A DNA stretch of 64,000 nt, from contig JBNPEG010000120.1 of the NCBI GenBank assembly GCA_051117555.1, forward strand, positions 1 to 64,000. Direction: 5' to 3'. Positions 43,854-53,600 of the stretch are shown piece by piece. Source of the DNA: Elainellaceae cyanobacterium. GTDB taxonomy: Bacteria > Cyanobacteriota > Cyanobacteriia > CAZCXK01. How positions within the stretch are numbered: position 1 is the stretch's first letter; each line of letters starts with the position of its first letter. The notes beneath the pieces are model-generated. The model made no database searches. It saw nothing but the letters and a program-made list of their open reading frames with translations, and was not told where the DNA came from. Position numbers and translations under genes: made by a program.

Positions 43854-44285
43854 TGCAGGAACAAAGATAGAGCTTTGAAATCAATATCAGCTAGGGCTAA
43901 CCAAGCTTACCCAAGTCTAAGGGCTAATTGTAAAAATTATCTGTGAAGTATAAGGCCGGTGATCACGACTATTGATTTGGGTTAAATTCTAACGGATGCT
44001 GTGGCATTCGGAGTATTTCCCCATACTACTTTTCTATCCTGTTGATCAAATCGGGCGCTCATCAAGGGATTCTGCGTTAAGAGAGGCGTTAAGTTTAATA
44101 AACCCCTAGCTCGATGGGTTGGCTCAGGTTACTCGCTGCCTGTAGTGTTAGAGGATATTTTAAAAGTCCTATTTTAGGATGCTAGCTTTCCTAGCTTTGA
44201 TTTCTGGTCGGGAGCGATCGCCTAGTTGGTTAATATGTGCGCCTGGGCGGCTAAAACCGCAGGTTAAAGCCTTTGAATTTCCTAT

Positions 44286-44314
44286 AAAAAAACCTGAGGC
44301 TGACTGCCTCAGGT
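44286..44314 (-). terminator. Rho-independent terminator after psbU
   Basis: 9-bp perfect stem ACCTGAGGC / GCCTCAGGT with a U-tract on the minus strand. Confidence 0.8.
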
Positions 44315-44372
44315 AAATATCTAAAACTGGACACCAATCTTATTCATTCGATTGGCGGAACTAAATTCAGCA

Positions 44373-44804
44373 TTAATCGCTGTAAATGCCGTTGTTAATG
44401 CGATCGCCTCCTTCGACAAAGGCATCAAGTGGCTCATCTACATAAAAATCGTCCATATGATTGCGTAAAACGTCCTTTTGACGCTCTGATAAGCCAGGCA
44501 TCTCTAAAACATCTTCGACTTTATCAAATGGCGCATTTCTAACAATCATCCCAGCCAGTGTTGGATACATTCCTCGTAATTTGATGAATGCTCGAACATT
44601 GGTATTGTTCAAATCAATCTTTTCACCAAACTTATCTGTTAACTTGTCTTCCACAACATTGCGACGCTCCATTGCCAAAAGAGGCGATGAGGTCAATGTC
44701 AGGCGACTTTCGTTAGCGGCATTTGCCTGTTGAGGAAAGCTCATCCACCCCAGGCAGCCAATTAGTAAACCCAAAATCATGAGCACGCTAACTAGCCGTT
44801 TCAT
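44373..44804 (-). CDS. psbU: Photosystem II extrinsic protein U
   Basis: Signal peptide; [29 protein letters not shown]. Confidence 0.95.
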   Translation of the reverse strand: MKRLVSVLMILGLLIGCLGWMSFPQQANAANESRLTLTSSPLLAMERRNVVEDKLTDKFGEKIDLNNTNVRAFIKLRGMYPTLAGMIVRNAPFDKVEDVLEMPGLSERQKDVLRNHMDDFYVDEPLDAFVEGGDRINNGIYSD

Positions 44805-45204
44805 TCGTTACGTCCCTCCCAATCTGAACCATTTACGATTCGATTAATCGAATTCATGCACAGCGCTTATTAGAGCCTACCATCTCTGTTGACTAATCGG
44901 TTAACTCGATCCGCTTTAAGCGGTTACGTCATGAGCCTCAATATTGGAGCCGCTTTCAGCTATTAGCTATTAGCTATTAGCTTTTCACTGAGTGATGATG
45001 GCTGAATGCAAAATGCTGACTGCCCCAGAACTTGAGGGTATTTTTTTTCAGATCGGTAGCTTGGCTCAAGCCATTTGGCACTCTACTAGGCGCTGTTTCA
45101 TATTCTTATTTTAGACCAGCAGCTCTTGTTCTGACGCAGTATCTGTTCAGCACAAACATTCTGCTAGTCGATTCAAACGTTTCTGCCGTAGATTTAAATC
45201 AATC

Positions 45205-45314
45205 CGACAGAATCACCCCGATATAAAACATTCGATTCAATGCAACATACCCCATAGCGAATTCACCATTGGAGTACGACAGAATCACCCCGATATCGAA
45301 TGTTCAATTCAATG
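45205..45314 (+). repeat. Two 38-bp direct repeats separated by 34 bp
   Basis: 45205-45242 and 45277-45314, 33/38 identical. Confidence 0.85.
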
Positions 45315-46307
45315 TCATGCTTTCTTTCGGCTAATGTCGAGAAACGTATCTAGGTCAGAGAATGATCCCGCATACGTCAGCGTTGGTGTGTCATATCCTT
45401 TGAGACTAACGGTATATTGCCTAAATAATTGATGGCTCGGAACCGATTCTGCAAGATATTTATAGGTGGTTTCTCCAAGCGCTACGTCCATGCCAATTTG
45501 CTTTGTCGAGGATTCGAGGCGGAATGCCGCGTTGACCGTATCGCCAAGCGCGGTATAGTCTGGGCGATCGCCTGTACCGGTGTTTCCAACCATCGCATAG
45601 CCCGTATTCAGCCCTGCCCCGACTCGAACGGGAAACGGCAATGGGTATCGTTCATGCAGTTGGTCTGTCATCTTGTGAAGAGAACTAAGCGCCTGCGCAA
45701 TCTGGACAATTTCTTCATGGCTGACGCCTTCTGTTCCATGAATCCAGACTGCCATAATAGCGTCGCCGATATATTTATCAACCCAACTGCCATAGTCGCG
45801 AATGATGTCCCCTGCATAGCGAAACCAGGTTCCAATCACCTCTGAGAGGATTTTTTCATCCAACTGTCGGGTCATGACCGTAAAGTCTCGGATATCAACG
45901 ACCAGAACCGAGATCAGACGACGCACATGAAGCATCGCTGTCGCTGTAAAATCTTGAGAATCGCCATCTACGGTCGTTTCGGGGCGATGCTCTACTTCAG
46001 GACAATAAAACTCTAACTCAGTTTGCCCAAATGTTAAGCGATCGGCATTTTGAAGCGTTACGGGTACGGTGACGCGACGCCCATCCACAAAGGAACCATT
46101 GCGACTGCCTAAGTCAATGAGATAGAACTCACCCGTTTCCATACGCTGCAACATGGCATGATTGCGGGATATCCAACGATCTGGCAGCACAAAATTATTG
46201 TCGTCACCGCGACCAATCGTCCAGCAGTTACTACCGGCCAGAGAAAGAAAACGATTCCCTGACTCAGTTCGAAGTATCAAATGGGGAACGGAGCGTGAGA
46301 TCACCAC
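45315..46307 (-). CDS. FHA-domain class III adenylate cyclase (CyaD/Cya1-like)
   Basis: FHA motifs (IGR, SRNHA, GSRNGS) plus VDIRDFT, DKYIGD and YTALGDTVNAAFRLE. Confidence 0.9.
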   Translation of the reverse strand: MVISRSVPHLILRTESGNRFLSLAGSNCWTIGRGDDNNFVLPDRWISRNHAMLQRMETGEFYLIDLGSRNGSFVDGRRVTVPVTLQNADRLTFGQTELEFYCPEVEHRPETTVDGDSQDFTATAMLHVRRLISVLVVDIRDFTVMTRQLDEKILSEVIGTWFRYAGDIIRDYGSWVDKYIGDAIMAVWIHGTEGVSHEEIVQIAQALSSLHKMTDQLHERYPLPFPVRVGAGLNTGYAMVGNTGTGDRPDYTALGDTVNAAFRLESSTKQIGMDVALGETTYKYLAESVPSHQLFRQYTVSLKGYDTPTLTYAGSFSDLDTFLDISRKKA

Positions 46308-46545
46308 AGGCTAAGAAACCGCTTACCTTTCTCTTTCCCTTTGACTTATCCTGATGCACCTGACCACTATGTCAGTGTAGATGGTGAAAGCTGTACGTGC
46401 CAGACATCTAGACAGACATCTGGTTGTTTTGCAGACTTTCTTAGGCTCAATTCTCTAACCCAAGCGTAATAAGGCTAGATACATTTTAGAGATGTTTTAC
46501 TCTCTTAATATAAACGCAGGTTTGCAAATTGGATCAAAGCCTTTT

Positions 46546-47265
46546 TTAAACTGTTGTCGCAACAACCAAAAATAACCCATCTACTAAGACAGTGCTCAAA
46601 ACGGCTCCGCCAAATGTCCACCAGTGGAGTTGGCGCGATCGCAGCGGCAAAATCCCGATTAGCAACAACGCCGACACTAAAACAATTGCCCAGGCAATAC
46701 CGGCTTGAGTATGCATGAGGGCGATCGCATCCTGAAAGATAGGTCTTGCAAGGGATGGATCAACCCGCATGAGCTGACGCCAATGGGGGATCAGCCCGAC
46801 TCCGTAAAAATAAAAATCTGTAATAGCAGTCCCTAATAGTGATCCCAGATAAAACCAATGCCCAATCAGCCCTCGGTTACAGGCTAGCCCCATGAGAGCA
46901 ATCGGCATGCCAATTGCTTCAATGGGAAGATGCAGCAACGGCTCCCATCGAAACCATCCCCAATACACCGAACCGGCTAGCCACGTCCAGGTAAATCCAA
47001 ATAATAAATCTCCCCACACTCGCGATACTGGGCGAGCTAAAAGCATCGCGCTGATTCCTAACCACAGCAATGTCAGCAAAAGGCTGATGACAGGGAATGC
47101 CCTGACTAGAGGCGCTTGAAAGAACACGGGGACCGACACCAAGAAGACCGAAGCGGCTAAAAATTGGCCCCGTCTAACAGTAAACAACTTGGCTACAGAA
47201 ACCACCTGTTCCAGCCCGCTCGAATAGGATTTTGCTGACGACGATGTAGATGTGTAAGAAGACAA
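46546..47265 (-). CDS. Conserved membrane protein (DUF3120-like)
   Basis: FLVSVPVFFQAPLVR, WLAGSVYWGW and GTAITD. Confidence 0.75.
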   Translation of the reverse strand: MSSYTSTSSSAKSYSSGLEQVVSVAKLFTVRRGQFLAASVFLVSVPVFFQAPLVRAFPVISLLLTLLWLGISAMLLARPVSRVWGDLLFGFTWTWLAGSVYWGWFRWEPLLHLPIEAIGMPIALMGLACNRGLIGHWFYLGSLLGTAITDFYFYGVGLIPHWRQLMRVDPSLARPIFQDAIALMHTQAGIAWAIVLVSALLLIGILPLRSRQLHWWTFGGAVLSTVLVDGLFLVVATTV

Positions 47266-47534
47266 AATATTTTTTTAATATTACTTAATTCAACTTTTTT
47301 AACATAACACAGGTCGATCCCCCTGGGGGGCATTCTTATAGCTTACGTCAGAGTGGCACATTGTTGAGCACCATCAGGAGTTAAGAGACTACAGGGTCTA
47401 ATTTCCCTGCGGAACAAGACCCAATGGGATTGCGACATACTATAAAGGTTTACTGAAGATGGCGACCATTCTCTTGTCTGCCTCAGTTTGCCCAATTAAC
47501 CTATACCGCATTAGAGTTACTCTCAAACCCACTC

Positions 47535-48458
47535 ATGGTATATTTTGGAACTCGGTTGGTTGAGGCACTATTCCCTCATGTTTTAGGAACCGCACTTGCG
47601 GAACCTGTGTCATCACCTCCTGAATTTGGAGTATTTAAGTCCATTGTCCTAGGAATTGTTCAAGGATTAACTGAATTTTTGCCAATCAGCAGTACTGCCC
47701 ATCTCAAGGCAGTTCCTGTGGCGCTAGGATGGGGTGATCCAGGAGTTTCGTTCACGGCGGTCATTCAGCTAGGCAGCATTGTGGCTATTGTGTGGTATTT
47801 CTGGGCTGACTTAACGCAGGTAACCCGAGGAATGGTGACGGCGATCGCCAAGCGAGAGTATGAGAGTCAAGAGTTTCGCATGGGCACAGGAATATTGATT
47901 GGCACATTGCCCATCGTTGTGTTCGGCCTGATGATGAAGCAAATTCCTGATTTAGATAATTCGCCAATTCGCAGCATGGGGGCGATCGCCCTAGCCTCAA
48001 TCGTGATGTCGCTATTGCTAGCATTGGCTGAATATGTCGGGCGACGTAAGCGAACGCTCGTCGATTTAGGAATTCCTGACGGCGTTTTGATGGGATGTGC
48101 TCAAACTCTGGCGCTAATCCCCGGCGTGTCTCGATCCGGATCGACCCTTACTGCGGGTCTGTTCATGGGAATGCAGCGTGCGGCAGCGGCTCGATTTTCG
48201 TTTTTGCTCGGCATTCCAGCAATTACCCTGGCAGGGCTGGTCGAATTCAAAGATATGATCGACACGGGATTCGGTGGATCGGGAGCCTTTCCGCTGATTG
48301 CGGGGTTGCTGTCATCGGGTATTTCGTCCTATTTGGCGATCGCGTGGCTACTGCGCTATCTCCAAAACCACAACACGTGGGTCTTTGTATGGTATCGGTT
48401 AGGCTTTGGCGTGATCATCCTGGGGGCGATCGCCCTAGGTATCATCGAAAATGGATAG
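47535..48458 (+). CDS. uppP: Undecaprenyl-diphosphate phosphatase
   Basis: QGLTEFLPISSTAH, PGVSRSG and AARFSFLL. Confidence 0.95.
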   Translation: MVYFGTRLVEALFPHVLGTALAEPVSSPPEFGVFKSIVLGIVQGLTEFLPISSTAHLKAVPVALGWGDPGVSFTAVIQLGSIVAIVWYFWADLTQVTRGMVTAIAKREYESQEFRMGTGILIGTLPIVVFGLMMKQIPDLDNSPIRSMGAIALASIVMSLLLALAEYVGRRKRTLVDLGIPDGVLMGCAQTLALIPGVSRSGSTLTAGLFMGMQRAAAARFSFLLGIPAITLAGLVEFKDMIDTGFGGSGAFPLIAGLLSSGISSYLAIAWLLRYLQNHNTWVFVWYRLGFGVIILGAIALGIIENG

Positions 48459-48626
48459 GGTGGATATGAGTTGGGCAAGGTCAACGCCTTATCGTTGGTC
48501 ATTTGGCATTCCGGCATTATCAGAATCTCCGATGCAATTTGGACGGGATTTCTAGCAAAATAGTTGAGTAGGGATGCAGCGTTATCTGCTGGCTGTATCT
48601 ATCCTGTTCATGATTTTGTTAATGCA

Positions 48627-49955
48627 ATGAGTGAAGCGTCGGTTCGTCCTGCCTTAGTTACCCGAGTATTGCCGGATTCAATTGCCGAAGAAATTGGCTT
48701 CGAACCGGGCGATCGCCTCATTTCGATCAACGGTCAGCATCCACGGGACTTAATCGATTATCGGTTTTTGTGTGCAGACGACGTGTTAGAACTTGACGTT
48801 CTTGATGCGGCTGGGCAGATTCATCATGTCGAGTTAGAAAAAGAGTATGACGACGATCTGGGGCTAGAGTTTGAGTCTGCGCTATTTGATAGATTGATTC
48901 AATGCAACAACCGCTGTCCGTTTTGCTTCATTGACCAACAGCCTCCTGGCAAGCGAGATACGCTTTATCTCAAAGATGACGATTACCGATTGAGTTTTCT
49001 CTATGGGAGCTATCTGACGCTGACCAACCTCCCTCCACGAGAGTGGGATCGCATTGCTCAACTGCGCCTTTCACCGCTGTATGTGTCAGTCCATGCGACA
49101 GAACCGCAGGTGAGAAACCGACTTCTCAAAAATTCTCGCGCGGGTCAAATTCTCGATCAGTTGCGCTGGTTTCAAGCCCATCGGTTGCAAATCCATGCGC
49201 AGGTGGTTGTCTGCCCAGGAATCAACGACGGTGAGCATCTGAACCGCACCCTGCTAGATTTAGCCGAGTTTCGAAATGGTGAATCTCCGACAGTCACGTC
49301 GGTGGCAGTTGTCCCAGTGGGGCTGACGCGCTTTCGCCCCTCCGACGATGAATTGGTTCCGGTGACCCCTGAGAAGGCGCGAGAAGTCATTGCTCAAGTT
49401 CAGACATTACAAACTAAATTTCAGCACCAGTTTGGGTCTAGCTTTGCCTGGTTAGCAGATGAATGGTTTCTGATCGGGCGAGAAGACCTTCCTCCTGCAT
49501 CTCACTATGAGGATTATCCTCAGATCGGGAATGGAGTGGGTTCGATTCATCAGTTTCTGTCAGCATTCCAGAATGCAGCCCATAATCTTCCGCCTCGCGT
49601 TTCACCGCCCCGAACGCTGACCTGGGTGGTAGGGAATGCAGTCGAACACGCCTTTCAGCCGATTCTGAAACGACTAAACGGCGTTGAGGGGCTTGAGGTT
49701 CGCATGGCGGCGTTACAGAGCACCTATTGGGGGCAAGAGATTACCGTCACTGGGCTAATCACGGGGCATGATATTCTTCATGCGCTCCAGGGGCGCGATA
49801 TGGGTGAGGCAGTCCTCGTGCCGACCCTGATGCTGAAGCACGATGAAGCTAAGTTTTTAGATGATATGACGGTTGCAGATCTGGAGCGCAAGCTCGGTAC
49901 ACCCATCCGCCCAATTAGTGATGTCAAAGCGCTAATTGAGAGGTGCTGTCAGTAG
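48627..49955 (+). CDS. PDZ-radical SAM protein (TIGR03279/DUF512-like)
   Basis: PDZ N-terminus, CNNRCPFCFIDQ and KDDDYRLSFLYG. Confidence 0.88.
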   Translation: MSEASVRPALVTRVLPDSIAEEIGFEPGDRLISINGQHPRDLIDYRFLCADDVLELDVLDAAGQIHHVELEKEYDDDLGLEFESALFDRLIQCNNRCPFCFIDQQPPGKRDTLYLKDDDYRLSFLYGSYLTLTNLPPREWDRIAQLRLSPLYVSVHATEPQVRNRLLKNSRAGQILDQLRWFQAHRLQIHAQVVVCPGINDGEHLNRTLLDLAEFRNGESPTVTSVAVVPVGLTRFRPSDDELVPVTPEKAREVIAQVQTLQTKFQHQFGSSFAWLADEWFLIGREDLPPASHYEDYPQIGNGVGSIHQFLSAFQNAAHNLPPRVSPPRTLTWVVGNAVEHAFQPILKRLNGVEGLEVRMAALQSTYWGQEITVTGLITGHDILHALQGRDMGEAVLVPTLMLKHDEAKFLDDMTVADLERKLGTPIRPISDVKALIERCCQ

Positions 49956-49970
49956 ATATGGAAAGATTTA

Positions 49971-50019
49971 TAGCAATCCCACCGCTCACACACCATTCAC
50001 AAGCGATTTAGGAGCGCTA
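49971..50019 (-). mobile_element. TA-duplicating MITE, family A, copy 3 (49 bp, internally deleted)
   Basis: TA|TAGCAATCC...AAGCGATTTAGGAGCGCTA|TA is the reverse complement of the copy 2 ends. Confidence 0.75.
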
Positions 50020-50031
50020 TATTATCAAAAT

Positions 50032-50604
50032 CTAGTCAGCTAAAGAAATGATGCCGCATCCGATACGTCCGTCAGCATTGCCAGTGGGCTGACCGTAATC
50101 GTCGCGGTCGGCGTGAAGAATGACCGCTTTCCCGGCGACTGCCCGTTTACCTTCGGTCAAAGGAAGGTCACGAATGACTTGGGTCAGAATGCCAGTCCCA
50201 TCTTCGTAGACATAAATGTTGCCCAGGTCACCTGCATGAGCGAGATCAAACCCATCCGTAATGAGGCGACCATGTTTAACATCTTCGGGATTAAAGTGAC
50301 CGCCTGCCGCCTGCCCGCCATCATCACAACTTCCATTTTCGTGGATATGAAAGCCGTGATACCCCGGGGGGGCATTATCAATCTTGGCATCAATCTTGAG
50401 CCCGTTCAACGTTTCGGTAAAAGTAGCTTCACCAATGACTTCTGACGGGTCGCTAGTACTATAAATCGTGGCTTGTGCAGTGTCGTCTATGCTCTGAGCC
50501 CAAGCTGGACTGGGATATAGCGCATAGATTCCGAGCAATATAAACCCAGCGATCGCCAACCGTTTGGCTGTTCTCAAGACTCGATGCATGTCAATCCCCT
50601 TCAA
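50032..50604 (-). CDS. sodC: Exported Cu/Zn superoxide dismutase
   Basis: Signal peptide (AWA); HGFHIH, GGHFNP, KHG, HAGDLGN, ILHADRDD and RIGCG. Confidence 0.92.
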   Translation of the reverse strand: MKGIDMHRVLRTAKRLAIAGFILLGIYALYPSPAWAQSIDDTAQATIYSTSDPSEVIGEATFTETLNGLKIDAKIDNAPPGYHGFHIHENGSCDDGGQAAGGHFNPEDVKHGRLITDGFDLAHAGDLGNIYVYEDGTGILTQVIRDLPLTEGKRAVAGKAVILHADRDDYGQPTGNADGRIGCGIISLAD

Positions 50605-50624
50605 GTATGCGACGTAGTTTTATC

Positions 50625-53600
50625 CTACCGTGTTGGGCGATTGTTTCTGTCGATGAGCCAGTATGTTGACATGTTTCCCCACCCCTTGACATGGAGCGTA
50701 CCTCGTTTCTCAAACAGGTAACGGTCTTGCAAACGCTCATGCACATGAGCTGTTACTTGAATTCGACCTTGTACCCCTTGAGTCTCCATGCGGCTTGCGA
50801 CATTGACTGTATCGCCCCATAGATCATAGGTAAATTTTTTGATGCCAATCACGCCCGCCACGACCGGCCCTGTATTGATGCCAATCCGAAGCTGGAACGG
50901 CTGACCATCATCTCGCTGGAAATATGCGATTCGCTGCTGCATATCGAGTGCCATTTCAGCGATCGCCTCTAAGTGGTCATGCCTAGGGGTTGGCAACCCG
51001 CCGACCACCATATAGGCATCCCCAATGGTTTTAATCTTTTCGAGTTGATGATAGTCGGCAAGCTGATCGAAGTTAGAGAAAATGTCATTGAGCAAATCGA
51101 CTAGCTCAGTCGGTGGAATTTGAGACGAGAGTCCGGTAAAGTCAACAATATCTGCAAATAAGATGGTGACATTATCAAAGCGATTGGCAATGAGTTTCGG
51201 GCTTTCTTTGAGTTGCTCAGTGATGGCCCTAGGCAAAATATTTAGCAATAACCGTTCAGAGCGCTGCTGTTCGTCTTGAAGAGCAATTTCAGCGCGTTTT
51301 CGTTCGGTAATATCTTGAACGGTGCCCTCATAGTAGAGCAGATGACCCTGCTCATCATGAACAGCTCGCGCATTGCTGGCTGTCCAGATAATGCTGCCGT
51401 CTTTTCGGTAGACCTGAGCTTCAAAATTAGACACCGCATTATGCTGTTGCAACAAGGCAATAAGCTCGGAGCGGCGGCTTGGATCTACGTGTAGCTTGGT
51501 TGCAATATCCGTCAAATGGGCAACCATGTCTTCAATCGACTCATAGCCGTACATTCTCACCAATGCCGGATTCGCGCTCAGGTAGCGCCCATCGTCTGTA
51601 ATTTGGTAGATGCCTTCAGCCGCATTCTCAAAAATAGTGCGATATTTCTCTTCGGCCTGTTGAAGTTGTTGCTCAGCCTGCTTTCGCTGAGTGATATCTC
51701 GCGCCACCCAAATCACACAATTATCTGGCATCGGTGACACACTGGCTGAGAACCAAATCTCATGGGGCGCTGCATGGAGGGGTGCCTTGAGGGTGGCGGA
51801 GTGGGCGTCTGATGAGATCGAGGCGGGAGTATCCGGTTGACCAGGCAGGCTGTACTCCAAAAAGACGGTTTCTCCAGTGTTAAGCGCTCGTTGAATATGG
51901 ACAACCATCAGCATTGCTTGTGCAGAGGGCATCACGTCATAGACCGTCTTGCCGATTAGGTCATTCGTAGAGTCGGTCAGGACTCCAGCGTGGTTAGACA
52001 GGACGTTGACATATTGCCCCCTGGCATCAAAGACCACCACGATATCGGTCATGGCGGCAAAGAGAGCACGCAGTTCGGTTTCAGATTGCCTCAGAGCTGC
52101 TTCAGCGCGATGACGCTCGGCAATCTCAATCACGAGTCGATCGTTTAACTCCCGCAGTGCAGCAGTCCGATCTTCGACACGTTTTTCTAATTCCTCGTTG
52201 GCTTGTCTGAGGGCTGCTTCTGCTTGCTTGCGGTCGGTGATATCTTCGACGGTGCCTTCGTAGTAGAGCAGATTGCCCTGGCGATCGCGAACAGCACGGG
52301 CATTTTCTGAAATCCAGGTGACGCTGCCATCTTTGCGATAGACGGGCGACTCAAATCGATAGACGGCATCTTGGTCTTGCAGTAAATTGATGAATTCACT
52401 GCGACGCACCGGATCCACATAGAGCTGTTGAATACTCGATGGGTGAGACATTAATTCTTCTGGAGAATCATAGCCATAAATTTTGGCAAGCGTTGGGTTG
52501 ACATCAAGATAGCAGCCGTCGATCGTGGCTTGAAAGATGCCTTCGACCGCATTTTCAAAAATGGTGCGATATTTAAATTCGGCTTGTCTGAGAGCAACCT
52601 CAGCCGTATGGCGATCGGTAATGTCGATGCCGACAACGAACACCGCTTGGTCTTGATTATATTTTTGAGCCGTGATCAAGAATTTGCGCGGTAATCCGTT
52701 GATGTGGGCTGAAATTTCTCGTAAGTTATCGCGAGCTGGGCTTGCGAAAAATTCGCGGATAAAGTCTTCAAATTCGCTGCTGGTGCTCAAAAAGCCGATA
52801 TCTTGCCCCACAAAAATGTCAGGGGGCAGGTTGAACGTTTGCGCAAGATGGCGATTGACGCCTAAATATTTTAGATCTCGATTGATCCACGATACGATGC
52901 CGGGTACTGCATCGAGCGCTGCCTGGAGTTGATCATTGGCAATGCGTAGACTGTCTTCTGCTTGACGCCGCTCGCTGATATCGATGCCGACGATAAATGC
53001 AGCCCGGTCGTAATCATATTTTTGCGCGACGATCAAGAAATTGTGGAGCGTGCCGTTAAAGTGTGCCGTGATTTCGGTTGAGGTATCACGAGCGGAGCTG
53101 TCAAAGAAGGTCTGGACAAAGGTTCTAAACTCGTCGCTAGAGTCGAGAAAGCCAATGTCTCGTCCGGCAAACTCATCGGGCGATCGCTGAAAGAATTGAG
53201 CAAGATGCTGGTTGACCCCGAGGTATTTGAGATCGGAACTAATCCACGAAACAATGCCTGGAACCGCATCTAAGACTGCTTCGAGCTGGTCTTTGGCGGC
53301 GCGGAGGGCTTCTTCTGCTCGGCTCCGTTCAATAAGTTCGGCCTGTACTTGATGATATAGCTCAGACTGATGGACGGCGATCGCCACGTTGTTGGCCAGA
53401 TGTTGAAGCAGGTCAACCTCAAACGCTTGCCAGTGACGCGGAGAACGGCAGTGATGGGCAATAAGCAGACCCCAGAGATTTTCACCCTGCAAAATAGGAA
53501 CGCATAGAGTCGCCTTCACTTGAAACTGATTCAAAAATTCGACGTGGCAGGGCGTGATATCTGCGGTATGAATGTTGGCAAGATTGAGAATGCGCCCATG

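Noticed and set aside
45205..45314. A bona fide CRISPR array
   Set aside because: Only two imperfect repeats, no cas genes and no typical repeat ends; kept only as a low-interest repeat
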